Positions 27,733 through 38,552 of a DNA stretch of 64,000 nucleotides are shown piece by piece. Made by a program: the position numbers and the translations under genes. Source of the DNA: Bacillota bacterium (GTDB lineage Bacteria > Bacillota > Clostridia > Peptostreptococcales > Anaerovoracaceae); NCBI GenBank assembly GCA_041844735.1, contig JBGZBP010000008.1:14133-78132 (forward strand), read 5' to 3'. Below the pieces are notes generated by a model, which was given only the letters and a program-made list of their open reading frames with translations, searched no databases and had not been told where the DNA came from. Each line of letters starts with the position of its first letter. The first letter of the stretch is position 1.

Positions 27733-28662
27733 ATGAGTAAAATATATGAAAATATCACGGAATTGGTTGGAAATACACCGCTATTTCGTGCAAAAAATTT
27801 AGAAAAAAAATTGGGATTGGATGCTAAGATTTTCTTGAAATTGGAGTACTTTAATCCGACAGGAAGCGTTAAGGACAGGGCAGCTAGAGAAATTATTGAG
27901 GATGCGGAGAAAAAGGGCAGATTGACCGCAGGTGCAACGATTATAGAGCCGACAAGCGGAAATACGGGAATAGGTCTTGCTGCAATAGGCGTTGCAAAGG
28001 GATATGAAGTTGTGATAGTAATGCCGGATACTATGTCAAAGGAGAGAATAAAGATTATGTCTGCACTTGGTGCAAAGGTGATATTGACAGACGGCAAATT
28101 GGGCATGAAGGGTGCTATTGCAAAGGCTGAGGAGATGAACGCCGAAATCGACGGAAGCATAGTTGCAGGTCAATTTACAAATCAGGCGAATCCGGATGCA
28201 CATTACCGTACAACAGGCCCCGAGATATATGAGGATATGGACGGAAAAGTCGATGTTTTGGTAGCAGGTATCGGTACAGGAGGAACGGTTACAGGTACAG
28301 GTAAATACTTAAAGGAGAAAATTAAAGAGTTAAAGATAGTTGCAGTAGAGCCTGAGAATTCCCCGGTGCTTTCAAAAGGAACTGCGGGAAAGCATGCTAT
28401 TCAAGGTATAGGGGCAGGATTCATTCCGGAAATTCTTGATACAAAAGTCTTTGATGAGATTTTTACTGTCAGCGATGAAGCAGCTGTAGACACGGCAAGG
28501 GAACTGGCGGCTACGGAAGGTATTTTAACAGGAATATCGTCGGGGGCGGCACTTAATGCGGCACTTGCGGAGGCAGGAAAGAAAGAGAATGCAGGCAAAA
28601 ATATAGTTTGCGTATTGCCTGATTCGGCAGATAGATATTTCTCTACTGCGCTTTTTGAGTAA
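27733..28662 (+). CDS. cysK: Cysteine synthase A (O-acetylserine sulfhydrylase)
   Basis: PLP-lysine motif NPTGSVKDRAA, GTGGTVTG loop, 309 aa. Confidence 0.9.
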   Translation: MSKIYENITELVGNTPLFRAKNLEKKLGLDAKIFLKLEYFNPTGSVKDRAAREIIEDAEKKGRLTAGATIIEPTSGNTGIGLAAIGVAKGYEVVIVMPDTMSKERIKIMSALGAKVILTDGKLGMKGAIAKAEEMNAEIDGSIVAGQFTNQANPDAHYRTTGPEIYEDMDGKVDVLVAGIGTGGTVTGTGKYLKEKIKELKIVAVEPENSPVLSKGTAGKHAIQGIGAGFIPEILDTKVFDEIFTVSDEAAVDTARELAATEGILTGISSGAALNAALAEAGKKENAGKNIVCVLPDSADRYFSTALFE

Positions 28663-28698
28663 ATATAAAAAATAATATAAATTAAAAGGATACAGTGT

Positions 28699-29406
28699 AT
28701 GTACAGAATAATAATCACATCCGGCGGTACAAGAGAACCGATAGATGATGTACGAGCGATTACGAACGGATCTACGGGTACCCTCGGCAGCAAAATTGCA
28801 GACAGATTTTTATCGGATTTTGAATCCGAAATATCGGAGTTGGTATACATTCATGGGATAGGAGCAAAAATACCGTCCGTTAAGAGTATGAAACTACGTA
28901 AAGTAGAGATAGAAAGTGCTTTAGATTTGCTTGAAACACTTAAACTTGAGATGAATAAAAAAACCGACATTGTAATACAGGCGATGGCGGTAAGCGATTA
29001 TAGAGTGGACAGCATATTGAAAAAACATGAGGATGGTTTTGTTAAGATTGATAATCAAAAAAAGATAAGTTCGGAAATAGAAGAGATGGCTGTAGTGCTG
29101 AAAAAGAATCCTAAAGTGATATCGGAGATAAAAAAAATCAGTCCGGGAACTGCCCTTGTAGGATTTAAGTTGCTGAGCCATGTTGCGAGAGAAGAACTTT
29201 TCAGAGTTGCATTAGAAATCGGAACTAAAAATGACTGTGACTTTGTTTTTGCAAATGATTTAAGAGATATAGACGGAAATAAACACATCGGATTCCTTAT
29301 GGACAGAGAAGGAAATCATATGGAATATCACAGCAAAGATGAAATTGCACAGGGGATATCACAGGAATGTATGAATCTTTTGAGGAGAAAAAATGAAGGA
29401 AAATAA
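28699..29406 (+). CDS. coaB: Phosphopantothenate-cysteine ligase (stand-alone CoaB)
   Basis: ITSGGTREPIDDVRAITNGSTGTLG and AMAVSDY motifs. Length is 235 aa. Confidence 0.8.
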   Translation: MYRIIITSGGTREPIDDVRAITNGSTGTLGSKIADRFLSDFESEISELVYIHGIGAKIPSVKSMKLRKVEIESALDLLETLKLEMNKKTDIVIQAMAVSDYRVDSILKKHEDGFVKIDNQKKISSEIEEMAVVLKKNPKVISEIKKISPGTALVGFKLLSHVAREELFRVALEIGTKNDCDFVFANDLRDIDGNKHIGFLMDREGNHMEYHSKDEIAQGISQECMNLLRRKNEGK

Positions 29407-29950
29407 ACAGATAATACTGGGTGTTACGGGCAGTATTTCATGCTATAAGGCATGCGATATTGCGAATCAGCTTACAAAACAGGGGCACAAGGTAGATGTA
29501 ATAATGACAAAGTCGGCACAGGAATTTGTCACAGCTTTGACGTTTCAGACATTAACAAAAAGAAAGGTGCATGTTGACATGTTTGAAGAATACGAGCCTG
29601 CGAAAGTTGAACACATATCTTTGGCAAAAGGAGCGGATTTGATGGTTATAGCACCCGCTACAGCAAATATTATAGCAAAACTGGCAAATGGAATTGCGGA
29701 TGACATGCTTTCATCAGTAGCTTTGGCTTGGGGACAGAAGCCTACAATAATATGCCCTGCTATGAACACCGCCATGTACGAAAATACTATTACACAGGAG
29801 AATATAGACAGGCTGAAAAAACGTGGAGTGAGATTTGTCGATCCTAAAGAAACATTATTGGCATGCGGTGATGTAGGAAAAGGCGGTCTTGCAGATATAG
29901 ATGTGATTTTGGCAGCAATAGACGATGCCCCGGAGGGAAAAAATGAGTAG
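29393..29950 (+). CDS. coaC: Phosphopantothenoylcysteine decarboxylase (stand-alone flavoprotein CoaC)
   Basis: ILGVTGSISCYKA...APATANIIAKLANGIADD...PAMN motifs. Confidence 0.85.
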   Translation: MKENKQIILGVTGSISCYKACDIANQLTKQGHKVDVIMTKSAQEFVTALTFQTLTKRKVHVDMFEEYEPAKVEHISLAKGADLMVIAPATANIIAKLANGIADDMLSSVALAWGQKPTIICPAMNTAMYENTITQENIDRLKKRGVRFVDPKETLLACGDVGKGGLADIDVILAAIDDAPEGKNE

Positions 29951-31013
29951 GGTATTGTTGGGCATGAGCGGCGGTGTCGACAGTTCGGTAGCTTTGTCGA
30001 TGCTTTTGGAGCAGGGATATGATGTTGAGGGGCTGACGATGAGCCTGTTTGACAAAAAAAAAATATTCGGAATTATGTCTGAAGAGGAGGCTGCCAAGGA
30101 AATTGAATGTGCAAGGAAAGTGGCGGAACATTTCGGAGTGAGACATAGAGTAATGGATTTCAGTAGGGAATTTTCCTGTGATGTTATGGAACCTTTTATG
30201 GAAATATACCATGAGGGAAAAACTCCTAATCCTTGTGTTACTTGCAACAAAAAAATTAAATTCGGAACGTTTCTGGAGTATGCCTTAGAAAACGGGTTTG
30301 ATTATGTGGCAACCGGACACTATGTAAATCGTATATACAATGAAGAAAATGACAGATATCTGCTAAAAAGAGCCTTCGATGAGAAAAAAGATCAGTCATA
30401 CTTTTTATACGGGCTTAAACAACATCAAATAAAACATTCTTTGTTTCCGCTTGGGGGTATTGCAAAGGAAGAAGTAAGAAAAATTGCTGCGGAAAAAGGA
30501 ATTCAGGTAGCAGAAAAAAAAGACAGTCAGGATATCTGTTTTATAAAAAACGGTGAATATGGGGAGTTTATTCGCAAGCACTCTACAAGACCTGTCAAAG
30601 CCGGAAACTTTGTAAAAAAAGACGGTACGATAGTAGGAAAACATTCAGGGCTGATAAACTATACTATAGGTCAGAGAAAGGGGCTGGGTATAGCATTGGG
30701 AAAACCGATGTTTGTCATAGATAAGGATGTTGAAAAAAATCGAGTCATAATTGGAGAAAACAAGGATTTATTCAGTAGAGAATTGTCTGTATCGGATTTA
30801 AACTGGGTCATATCCGATGTTATGGGTGAAAGAGAGAAAATCCTCTGCAAAATAAGATCGACGCAAAATCCCCAGCCGGCAACTCTAATAAATCAAGGCG
30901 AAGGAAAGGCTAAGGTGGTATTTGACGAACCGCAGAGAGCTTTTTCGCCGGGACAGTCGGCTGTTTTTTATAGAGGTGATATTTTAGCAGGTGGAGGAAT
31001 TATTTTAAAATAG
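29943..31013 (+). CDS. mnmA: tRNA 2-thiouridine(34) synthase
   Basis: PP-loop LLGMSGGVDSSVA, conserved CNKKIKF and DQSYFL motifs. Confidence 0.95.
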   Translation: MSRVLLGMSGGVDSSVALSMLLEQGYDVEGLTMSLFDKKKIFGIMSEEEAAKEIECARKVAEHFGVRHRVMDFSREFSCDVMEPFMEIYHEGKTPNPCVTCNKKIKFGTFLEYALENGFDYVATGHYVNRIYNEENDRYLLKRAFDEKKDQSYFLYGLKQHQIKHSLFPLGGIAKEEVRKIAAEKGIQVAEKKDSQDICFIKNGEYGEFIRKHSTRPVKAGNFVKKDGTIVGKHSGLINYTIGQRKGLGIALGKPMFVIDKDVEKNRVIIGENKDLFSRELSVSDLNWVISDVMGEREKILCKIRSTQNPQPATLINQGEGKAKVVFDEPQRAFSPGQSAVFYRGDILAGGGIILK

Positions 31014-31064
31014 TGTACAAAGTTTTTAATTGCTTTTACAATCAAGAAAGAAGAGGGACAAGTT

Positions 31065-32090
31065 ATGATTATTGCAATCGACGGCATGGGCGGAGATAAT
31101 GCACCGCTGGAAATAGTTAAGGGTGCAGTGCTTGCCGGCAGAGAAGTTGAAAATCACAAAATTTGTATTGTAGGTCCGGAGGAGACAATAAGAAAAGAGC
31201 TGGATAAGTACGAATATGATAAGGAAAAAATTATCATAAGAAATGCAACAGAGGTAATAGAAAATTGCGATGCCCCCGTTAAGGCAATCAGAACCAAGAA
31301 AGATTCATCCATGGTGTCGGGTATAAGGATGGTAAAGGATAAAGAAGCTGATATTTTTATATCTGCCGGAAATACAGGAGCACTTATGGCAGGAAGTCTC
31401 TTGATATTGGACAGGATAAAAGGCATTGAAAGACCGGCTATTGCCAGTTCATATCCTATTTTAGATACTAAAAATCCCGGAGTCTCACTGATGGTTGATT
31501 CGGGTGCAAATTCGGAATGCAAAGCAACAAACTTTTTGGAATTTGCAATCATGGGGAGCATTTATATGGAAAAAGTTCTGGGAATCAATGAACCAAGAGT
31601 GGGCCTTGTAAACATAGGATCCGAGGAAATAAAGGGAACAGCTGTCATTAAAGAAGCGCATCAACTTTTAAAGGAGAGCAAACTTAATTTTTTGGGAAAT
31701 GTGGAAGCGAGGGATGTCCCACATGGAGCGGTAGATGTCGTTGTGTGTGACGGATTCGTAGGAAATGTCATATTGAAATTGACAGAGGGTTTGGCAAAGC
31801 AAATATCAAGTCTCATAAAATCTAAATTTACAGAGGGATTTATTGCCAAACTTGGTGCAGCATTGCTGTACGGAAAGATGAAGGACATAAAGAAAATGTT
31901 TGATTACTCCGAATACGGCGGTGCTCCCATTTTGGGTGTAAGGGGTGCCGTTGTAAAAACTCACGGTTCTGCAAATGCGAATGCAGTGAAAAATACTATT
32001 TTAAAAGGCATAGTGTATGCAGAGAAAGATGTAGTATCATTGATAGAAGAGTCGGCGGAAAAATTGGGGGATATAAAGACAGGTGTTTAG
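31065..32090 (+). CDS. plsX: Phosphate acyltransferase PlsX
   Basis: IAIDGMGGDNAP N-terminus, 341 aa. Confidence 0.95.
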   Translation: MIIAIDGMGGDNAPLEIVKGAVLAGREVENHKICIVGPEETIRKELDKYEYDKEKIIIRNATEVIENCDAPVKAIRTKKDSSMVSGIRMVKDKEADIFISAGNTGALMAGSLLILDRIKGIERPAIASSYPILDTKNPGVSLMVDSGANSECKATNFLEFAIMGSIYMEKVLGINEPRVGLVNIGSEEIKGTAVIKEAHQLLKESKLNFLGNVEARDVPHGAVDVVVCDGFVGNVILKLTEGLAKQISSLIKSKFTEGFIAKLGAALLYGKMKDIKKMFDYSEYGGAPILGVRGAVVKTHGSANANAVKNTILKGIVYAEKDVVSLIEESAEKLGDIKTGV

Positions 32091-32766
32091 AACAGAGCTA
32101 CTAGAAGAAAAATTGAAATATAAATTCCAAAATCCCGTTTATTTGACCGAGGCCCTTACACACAGTTCATATGTAGGTAGCACTAACAATGAAAGGTTGG
32201 AATTTCTTGGAGATGCAGTTTTGGATATCATTGTCAGTGAGTATATTTTTCGTAAAAAAAATCTTGACGAAGGCAAGTTGACAAAAATAAGGGCATTGGT
32301 GGTCTGCGAAGAATCCTTGGCGAATGTGGGGAACAGTATTCAATTGGGCAAATTCTTAAAAATGGGAGCCGGAGAAGAAAAGAGCGGAGGCAGACACAAA
32401 AAATCCATCATTGCCGATGCTATGGAAGCCGTTATAGGAGCTGTTTTTATTGATGCAGATCTTGAGACTGCAAGATCGGTTGTTTTAGATTTGTTTGAGA
32501 AAAGGATACAGCAGGTGATTGACGGTAAGGTTTATTCCGATTACAAATCGAGGCTTCAGGAACTTGTGCAGGAAAAGAACCCTGCGGGAGGACTGCCGAT
32601 GTATTCTGTAGAAAAAGAAGACGGCCCCGACCACGATAAGGTTTTTCATGTGATAGTAAGATATGCAGGCAAGACAATAGGACGGGGAAAGGGAGCAAAT
32701 AAAAAATCTGCGGAGCAGGATGCGGCAAAAAACGCATTAATTTTAGGAGGTACAGATGTATTTTGA
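32083..32766 (+). CDS. rnc: Ribonuclease III
   Basis: ERLEFLGDAVLD catalytic signature and C-terminal dsRBD. GTG start overlaps the plsX stop. Confidence 0.9.
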   Translation: MFRTELLEEKLKYKFQNPVYLTEALTHSSYVGSTNNERLEFLGDAVLDIIVSEYIFRKKNLDEGKLTKIRALVVCEESLANVGNSIQLGKFLKMGAGEEKSGGRHKKSIIADAMEAVIGAVFIDADLETARSVVLDLFEKRIQQVIDGKVYSDYKSRLQELVQEKNPAGGLPMYSVEKEDGPDHDKVFHVIVRYAGKTIGRGKGANKKSAEQDAAKNALILGGTDVF

Positions 32767-35700
32767 GAAAATATATATGCATGGATTCAAGTCATTTGCA
32801 GATCCTGTAACTATAGATTTTAATGAGGGGATCACTTGTATTGTGGGGCCGAACGGCAGCGGAAAGAGCAATATAAGCGATGCCATCAGATGGGTTTTGG
32901 GGGAGCAGAGCCCCAAGATGCTGCGAGGCGGAAAAATGGAAGAGGTCATTTTTGCAGGTACGGAGACAAGGAAATCCAGAGGAATGGCGGAAGTGACTCT
33001 TGTTATAGATAATACTACCGGTATACTACCGATCGACTATCAAAAAGTTGCCATTACGAGAAGAATGTATCGTTCGGGTGAGGGAGAGTATTTTATAAAT
33101 GGAAACCACTGTAGACTCAGAGATATAAGAGAGCTGATAATGGATACAGGAATAGGTGTGGATGGATATTCTCTTATAGGACAGGGGAAAATTTCCGATA
33201 TTGTTTCCAGTAAGCCTGAATCCAGACGAGAAATATTTGAGGAAGCTGCCGGTATAGTCAAATATAGAACAAAGAAATATGATGCAGAGCGAAAATTGGA
33301 TAATTCCATGCAAAATATGGACAGAGTTACCGATATAATAAATGAAATTGAGGGGAGAATCGGTGGACTTAAGACGGATAGTGAAAAAGCTAAGGAATAT
33401 TTGGAGCTTAAAAACAGATACGATAAACTGGAAATAAATATTACATTAAAGACGATAGAAGATACAGACATAAAAAACGAATATTTAAAAGATGATATAC
33501 TTCAGTTGTCCGGTAGGCTGTCGCAAGCCAGGGAAGATAAGGATGAACTGAATCATGACCTTTTGAAGGCAAAGGATAAGAATTTTGAAACGGAAAGTCT
33601 CATAAGTGAAAACAATGTAAAATCAATCGCTGCCAGAGATACATTGGCTAATTTAGTCAAGGATAGCGAGTTGACGAGAGAAAAAATTGAGGGGTTTTCG
33701 AGGCAGAAGTCAGGTATTGAAAAGCAGACGGAGTCTTATAGAGAAAAACTTTCTAAGGAGGAAACTGATGAAAAATCTTTAATGGAGAGATTGGAGGTTT
33801 ATACTTTAGAAAAGGAGAAACTGGATAAGGAACTAAATGACAGTATAACTGAATACGAACTGAAAAATCAGACGGCGAATGATGCAATTATTTCTATTGA
33901 TGACAGTAGAAATAAGATTTTTGAGTTGCAAACCGGAATAAGCTCGAAAAAGAGTGAGATTTCAGGCATTCAGAACATGAAAGAAAGCCTTGTAGCCAGA
34001 CGGAAGGAACTTGAAGAGGAAATAACATCTCAAGAAGAAAATTTGAACTTGAAAGAGTTTGAGAATATAAAAGAATTGAAAAAAAATCACGACGAAGAGA
34101 TTCAAAAATTGAATCAGGAGATCGAACATTTTGAGTCGAACAAGAGATTGATAGAAAATGACATTTTTAAATTGGAACAGAAACAGAGGGAGAACTCTAT
34201 TGTAATTGAGGGGGCAAAATCAAGAAAGAGAACATTGGAAGAACTGGAACAATCATATGAAGGTTACGGCCACGGGGTCAAATTTATAATGTCGGCAGGA
34301 ATCTCGGGAGTTTACGGTACGGTCGCCGATGTGATATCTGTTGATAAGGATAAGCAGTTGGCAGTGGAAACGGCACTGGGATATGGGCTACAGAATATAG
34401 TATGTGAAAATGATTCCGTTGCAAAATCATCAATAAAAATATTGAAAGAAAAAAGAGCGGGCAGGCTGACGTTCTTACCTCTTAAAAGCATGAAGGGATC
34501 ACCTGTTTCCGAGAATGTATCGATGCAGAGCGGGTTCATAGGGGTAGGTAGTGATTGTGTAAAATTTGAAGAGAAATATAGACCTGTTATAGAATATCTG
34601 CTTGGGAAAGTTGCTATAGTAAATGATATTGATACAGCTGTCAAAATGAGTAAAAAATATAGAGGTTTTTCGAGATTTGTAACTCTGGACGGTGAAGTGG
34701 TAAGCTCGTCGGGTGCTATGACAGGAGGAAATCTTAAGACAAACAAGGGAGGTTTGCTGACACGAAAAGCGGAGCTTTCAGAGTTGACTCATAAGATTTC
34801 AGAGAAAGAAAGAGAAAATAAGGAGCTGTTTTCAAGGCTTGAAGGGCGGAGAAAAGAGTTTCAGGAAACGGTTCTAAAGAGCGAAAAAGCTGTAGATGAA
34901 AGACGGAATCTTGAAGAAAATATTGAACAGGTTAACAGAGACTTGCTGATTATAGAGACAAGGAACAAGGAACTCGAAATTTCCTATGAGAAGAAGAAGT
35001 CCGAAATAGAGAAAATAATTCATCAGCTGAACGAATCTGACGGTATGATAGCCGAGATAGAAAAAGAAGTGGTTTCTCGTGAATCTGAAATGAAAATATT
35101 ACTTGAGGAAGCGGAAAACAGACAGATTGAAAATGAGAAAATAAAAGATGATTTAAGAGAATTTGCTGAGGTTATTACTCGCAGAAGAGTTGCACTTTCC
35201 AAGATAACTGCAGAATATGAAGCTGTTAATACTTCTTTGAGGGCGGTAAGGGATCGTATAGAAGAGTATACAAAAGAAATAGAAATCAACGAAGATGTGC
35301 TTTGTTCAATTAATGAAAATGAGAAATTGATGTCGGATCAAGTCAGGGAACTTTCGATGAAAATAAGTATGTCGGAGTTGGAAATCGAGAATATCTGTAA
35401 ATATGAAGAAGAGCTTGTAGAAGAACGGGCGGAAACCAGAGATTTAATTGAAAAGCTTGAACAGAAGATTTCATTGCTCGAAAATGATATCAACGGGTTC
35501 AGCGGTCAAAAATATGAGCTGGAAATAAAGCAGGCAAAGCAGGAAACCGTGCTTGAGAATTTAAAAAACAAGCTTTGGGAAGAATTTGAAATTTCATATG
35601 TACAGGCTGTAGAATATAAAGACAGGCAGATTGATTTGAAGGAGGCACAAAAAGAAGTAAAGCATCTGAAATCCAGGTTGAAAGCGATAGGAAATGTCAA

Positions 35701-36292
35701 TCTCGGATCAATAGAAGAATATGAAGATGTCAGGAAAAGATATGATTTTCTTGTTGCTCAGAGAGACGATTTGGAAAATGCAATGAAGAGCTTGAAAGAT
35801 ATAATATCTCAGATGGACAGGAATATTAAGAAAAATTTCAGTGAAAGTTTTGCAAGTATACAGAAGAACTTTGATGAGACATTCAGTGAACTTTTCGGAG
35901 GAGGAGTCGCAAAATTGACATTGGAGGATGAATCCAGACCGTTGGAATGTAATATTGAAATCACGGCACAGCCACCGGGTAAAAAACTTCAAAATATAAA
36001 TTTGATGTCGGGAGGAGAAAAAACGATGACTGCAATAGCTTTGATGTTTGCAGTGCTCAAGTCAAAACCGACACCGTTTTGTGTTTTGGATGAGGTGGAG
36101 GCAGCTCTTGATGATGCCAACATCGAGCGATTTGCCAAGTATTTAAAAACATTTAAGGATATACAATTTGCCTTGGTAACACACCAAAAAGTGACCATGG
36201 AGCATGGAGATTCGTTGTTCGGAGTGACCATGCCGGAGCATGGTATATCCAAGGTGTTATCGCTTAAATTGGGTGATGAGTTTGAAATCTGA
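32756..36292 (+). CDS. smc: Chromosome segregation protein SMC
   Basis: GPNGSGKSNISDAIRWVLGEQS Walker A, long coiled coils, hinge, LSGGEKT signature and Walker B (FCVLDEVEAALD). Confidence 0.95.
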   Translation: MYFEKIYMHGFKSFADPVTIDFNEGITCIVGPNGSGKSNISDAIRWVLGEQSPKMLRGGKMEEVIFAGTETRKSRGMAEVTLVIDNTTGILPIDYQKVAITRRMYRSGEGEYFINGNHCRLRDIRELIMDTGIGVDGYSLIGQGKISDIVSSKPESRREIFEEAAGIVKYRTKKYDAERKLDNSMQNMDRVTDIINEIEGRIGGLKTDSEKAKEYLELKNRYDKLEINITLKTIEDTDIKNEYLKDDILQLSGRLSQAREDKDELNHDLLKAKDKNFETESLISENNVKSIAARDTLANLVKDSELTREKIEGFSRQKSGIEKQTESYREKLSKEETDEKSLMERLEVYTLEKEKLDKELNDSITEYELKNQTANDAIISIDDSRNKIFELQTGISSKKSEISGIQNMKESLVARRKELEEEITSQEENLNLKEFENIKELKKNHDEEIQKLNQEIEHFESNKRLIENDIFKLEQKQRENSIVIEGAKSRKRTLEELEQSYEGYGHGVKFIMSAGISGVYGTVADVISVDKDKQLAVETALGYGLQNIVCENDSVAKSSIKILKEKRAGRLTFLPLKSMKGSPVSENVSMQSGFIGVGSDCVKFEEKYRPVIEYLLGKVAIVNDIDTAVKMSKKYRGFSRFVTLDGEVVSSSGAMTGGNLKTNKGGLLTRKAELSELTHKISEKERENKELFSRLEGRRKEFQETVLKSEKAVDERRNLEENIEQVNRDLLIIETRNKELEISYEKKKSEIEKIIHQLNESDGMIAEIEKEVVSRESEMKILLEEAENRQIENEKIKDDLREFAEVITRRRVALSKITAEYEAVNTSLRAVRDRIEEYTKEIEINEDVLCSINENEKLMSDQVRELSMKISMSELEIENICKYEEELVEERAETRDLIEKLEQKISLLENDINGFSGQKYELEIKQAKQETVLENLKNKLWEEFEISYVQAVEYKDRQIDLKEAQKEVKHLKSRLKAIGNVNLGSIEEYEDVRKRYDFLVAQRDDLENAMKSLKDIISQMDRNIKKNFSESFASIQKNFDETFSELFGGGVAKLTLEDESRPLECNIEITAQPPGKKLQNINLMSGGEKTMTAIALMFAVLKSKPTPFCVLDEVEAALDDANIERFAKYLKTFKDIQFALVTHQKVTMEHGDSLFGVTMPEHGISKVLSLKLGDEFEI

Positions 36293-36311
36293 TAATGAGG
36301 AGTGAACAAAT

Positions 36312-37214
36312 ATGGGATTTTTAGATAGAGAAAAAAAATCTTTTTTCGGGAAGCTTCAGGAAAAAATACAAGATGTTATTCTAATGCGTCCTGAAATAGA
36401 TGAAAACACATTGGATGAACTGGAAGAAGTTTTGATTACATCGGACATAGGTATGGATACCACAATGAAGATAACGGATACCTTAAGGCATGATATTAAA
36501 AAAATGAGGCTTACGGGTGTGGATGAAGTACAAAACAGAATGAAAGAAATTATTAAAGATTTAATAAATAAAGGCGAAGGAAAACACAAACTGTCCGACA
36601 GTTATCCTCTGATAATCCTTATGGTGGGAGTAAACGGCGGCGGCAAGACCACTACAATTGCCAAATTGACGGGAAGATACCTTAAGGAAGGGAAAACTGT
36701 TTTGTTGGCGGCGGCAGATACATTTAGGGCAGCAGCAGCGGAGCAGTTAAAGGTATGGGGAGACAGAGCAGGCGTTAATGTAATAAAACATCAGGAAGGG
36801 GCGGATCCGGCTGCAGTTATATATGATGCGGTTCAGGCGGCAAAAGCCAGGAATATTGATGTTCTGATATGTGACACGGCAGGACGACTTCAAAACAAAA
36901 AAAACCTCATGCTTGAACTGGAAAAAATGAGCAAAATAATAACCAATGAATTCCCCGAGGCTACGAGAGAAACTCTTTTAGTGTTGGATGCCACTACCGG
37001 CAAAAACGCGGTTTCACAGGCGGAGGAGTTCGGAAGCATTGCGGAAATAACAGGGATAGTAATCACAAAGCTTGACGGCACTGCAAAAGGAGGCATAGCT
37101 ATTACTATTTCGGATGAATATGAACTGCCGATTAAATTGATAGGCGTTGGTGAAAAAATGGAAGATTTAAAAGACTTTGATCCTGTTGAATTCGCTGACA
37201 GTATTTTTGAATAA
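36312..37214 (+). CDS. ftsY: Signal recognition particle receptor FtsY
   Basis: NG domain: MVGVNGGGKTTTIAKL, DTAGRL, TKLDGTAKGG. Confidence 0.95.
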   Translation: MGFLDREKKSFFGKLQEKIQDVILMRPEIDENTLDELEEVLITSDIGMDTTMKITDTLRHDIKKMRLTGVDEVQNRMKEIIKDLINKGEGKHKLSDSYPLIILMVGVNGGGKTTTIAKLTGRYLKEGKTVLLAAADTFRAAAAEQLKVWGDRAGVNVIKHQEGADPAAVIYDAVQAAKARNIDVLICDTAGRLQNKKNLMLELEKMSKIITNEFPEATRETLLVLDATTGKNAVSQAEEFGSIAEITGIVITKLDGTAKGGIAITISDEYELPIKLIGVGEKMEDLKDFDPVEFADSIFE

Positions 37215-37227
37215 GGAGGAATGCAAC

Positions 37228-38550
37228 ATGGCAAAGCCGATTGTCGCTGTAGTGGGCAGACCTAATGTAGGCAAATCCACATTTTTTAATAAGATTGTAG
37301 GCAGAAGGGTTTCGATAGTTGAAGATACCCCGGGAGTAACAAGAGATAGGATATATGCGGAGGCGGAGTGGAAAGGCATTACTTTCGCTCTGGTCGATAC
37401 CGGAGGAATAGAGCCTGATTCGGATGACGTGATACTGTCACAGATGAGGGAACAGGCGCAGCTGGCAATGGAAATGGCGGATGTGATACTTTTCATGCTG
37501 GACGGAAGAGACGGTATTACAAATTCCGACAGGGAAGTTGCAAACATGCTGATGAGAACGGGGAAAGATGTTATTCCTGTGGTGAACAAGGTGGATTCAC
37601 CCAATTTGCATGACGTGATATATGATTTTTACGAACTTGGGCTTGGTGAACCCATTTGCATATCCGCAGCCAATATGTTAAACCTGGGTGACGTTCTGGA
37701 TAGAGTAGTTGAAAATTTCATCGGTGTGCCTATGGATGACGATGATGATATAACAAAAATTGCGGTAATTGGAAAACCTAATGTCGGTAAAAGCTCTTTA
37801 GTAAATGCATTGGTCGGAGAGAAAAGGGTAATAGTGAGTAACATTGCAGGAACAACAAGGGATTCTATAGATACGCCTTTCAGGTGGAATAATGAAGACT
37901 ATATTCTGATAGATACGGCAGGTATAAGACGTAGAAGCAAGGTGTACGGGGATATAGAAAGATACAGTGTTATAAGGGCAATCGCCGCAATCGAAAGATG
38001 TGATGTTTGCCTTTTGATGATTGATGCAACAGAGGGCGTTACAGACCAGGACAAAAAAATAGCAGGACTGGCACATGAAGCAGGCAAGGGTATTGTAGTC
38101 GTGGTAAATAAGTGGGATTTACTGACAAAGGAAACCAATACCATGGCAGAGTTTAAAAAAAGAGTCCAAAATGAACTCATTTTTATGAATTATGCCCCGA
38201 TAATATTCATATCCGTACTGACCAAGCAAAGAATAGGACAGGTAATGGAGAATGCTGAATATGTAGCACAGAGCAGGAGTTTGCGTGTTTCGACCGGACA
38301 GCTGAACGGACTGATAGAAGATGCTATAATGATGAATCCGCCACCTAGTGATAAGGGTAAGAGATTGAAAATATATTATGTGAGTCAGGTAGGAATAAAG
38401 CCGCCTCTATTTTCATTCAAAGTCAATTCAAGGGATCTTGTACATTTTTCATATTCAAGGTATCTTGAGAATAAAATCAGAGATGCATTCGGATTTGACG
38501 GCACATCGGTTAAATTTGTATTTAGAGAAAAAAATGAGAAGCAGGTGTAA
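37228..38550 (+). CDS. der: Ribosome-biogenesis GTPase Der (EngA)
   Basis: Two tandem G domains (VVGRPNVGKST; VIGKPNVGKSS) plus a KH-like C-terminus. ATG follows AAGGAGGA. Confidence 0.95.
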   Translation: MAKPIVAVVGRPNVGKSTFFNKIVGRRVSIVEDTPGVTRDRIYAEAEWKGITFALVDTGGIEPDSDDVILSQMREQAQLAMEMADVILFMLDGRDGITNSDREVANMLMRTGKDVIPVVNKVDSPNLHDVIYDFYELGLGEPICISAANMLNLGDVLDRVVENFIGVPMDDDDDITKIAVIGKPNVGKSSLVNALVGEKRVIVSNIAGTTRDSIDTPFRWNNEDYILIDTAGIRRRSKVYGDIERYSVIRAIAAIERCDVCLLMIDATEGVTDQDKKIAGLAHEAGKGIVVVVNKWDLLTKETNTMAEFKKRVQNELIFMNYAPIIFISVLTKQRIGQVMENAEYVAQSRSLRVSTGQLNGLIEDAIMMNPPPSDKGKRLKIYYVSQVGIKPPLFSFKVNSRDLVHFSYSRYLENKIRDAFGFDGTSVKFVFREKNEKQV

Positions 38551-38552
38551 TT

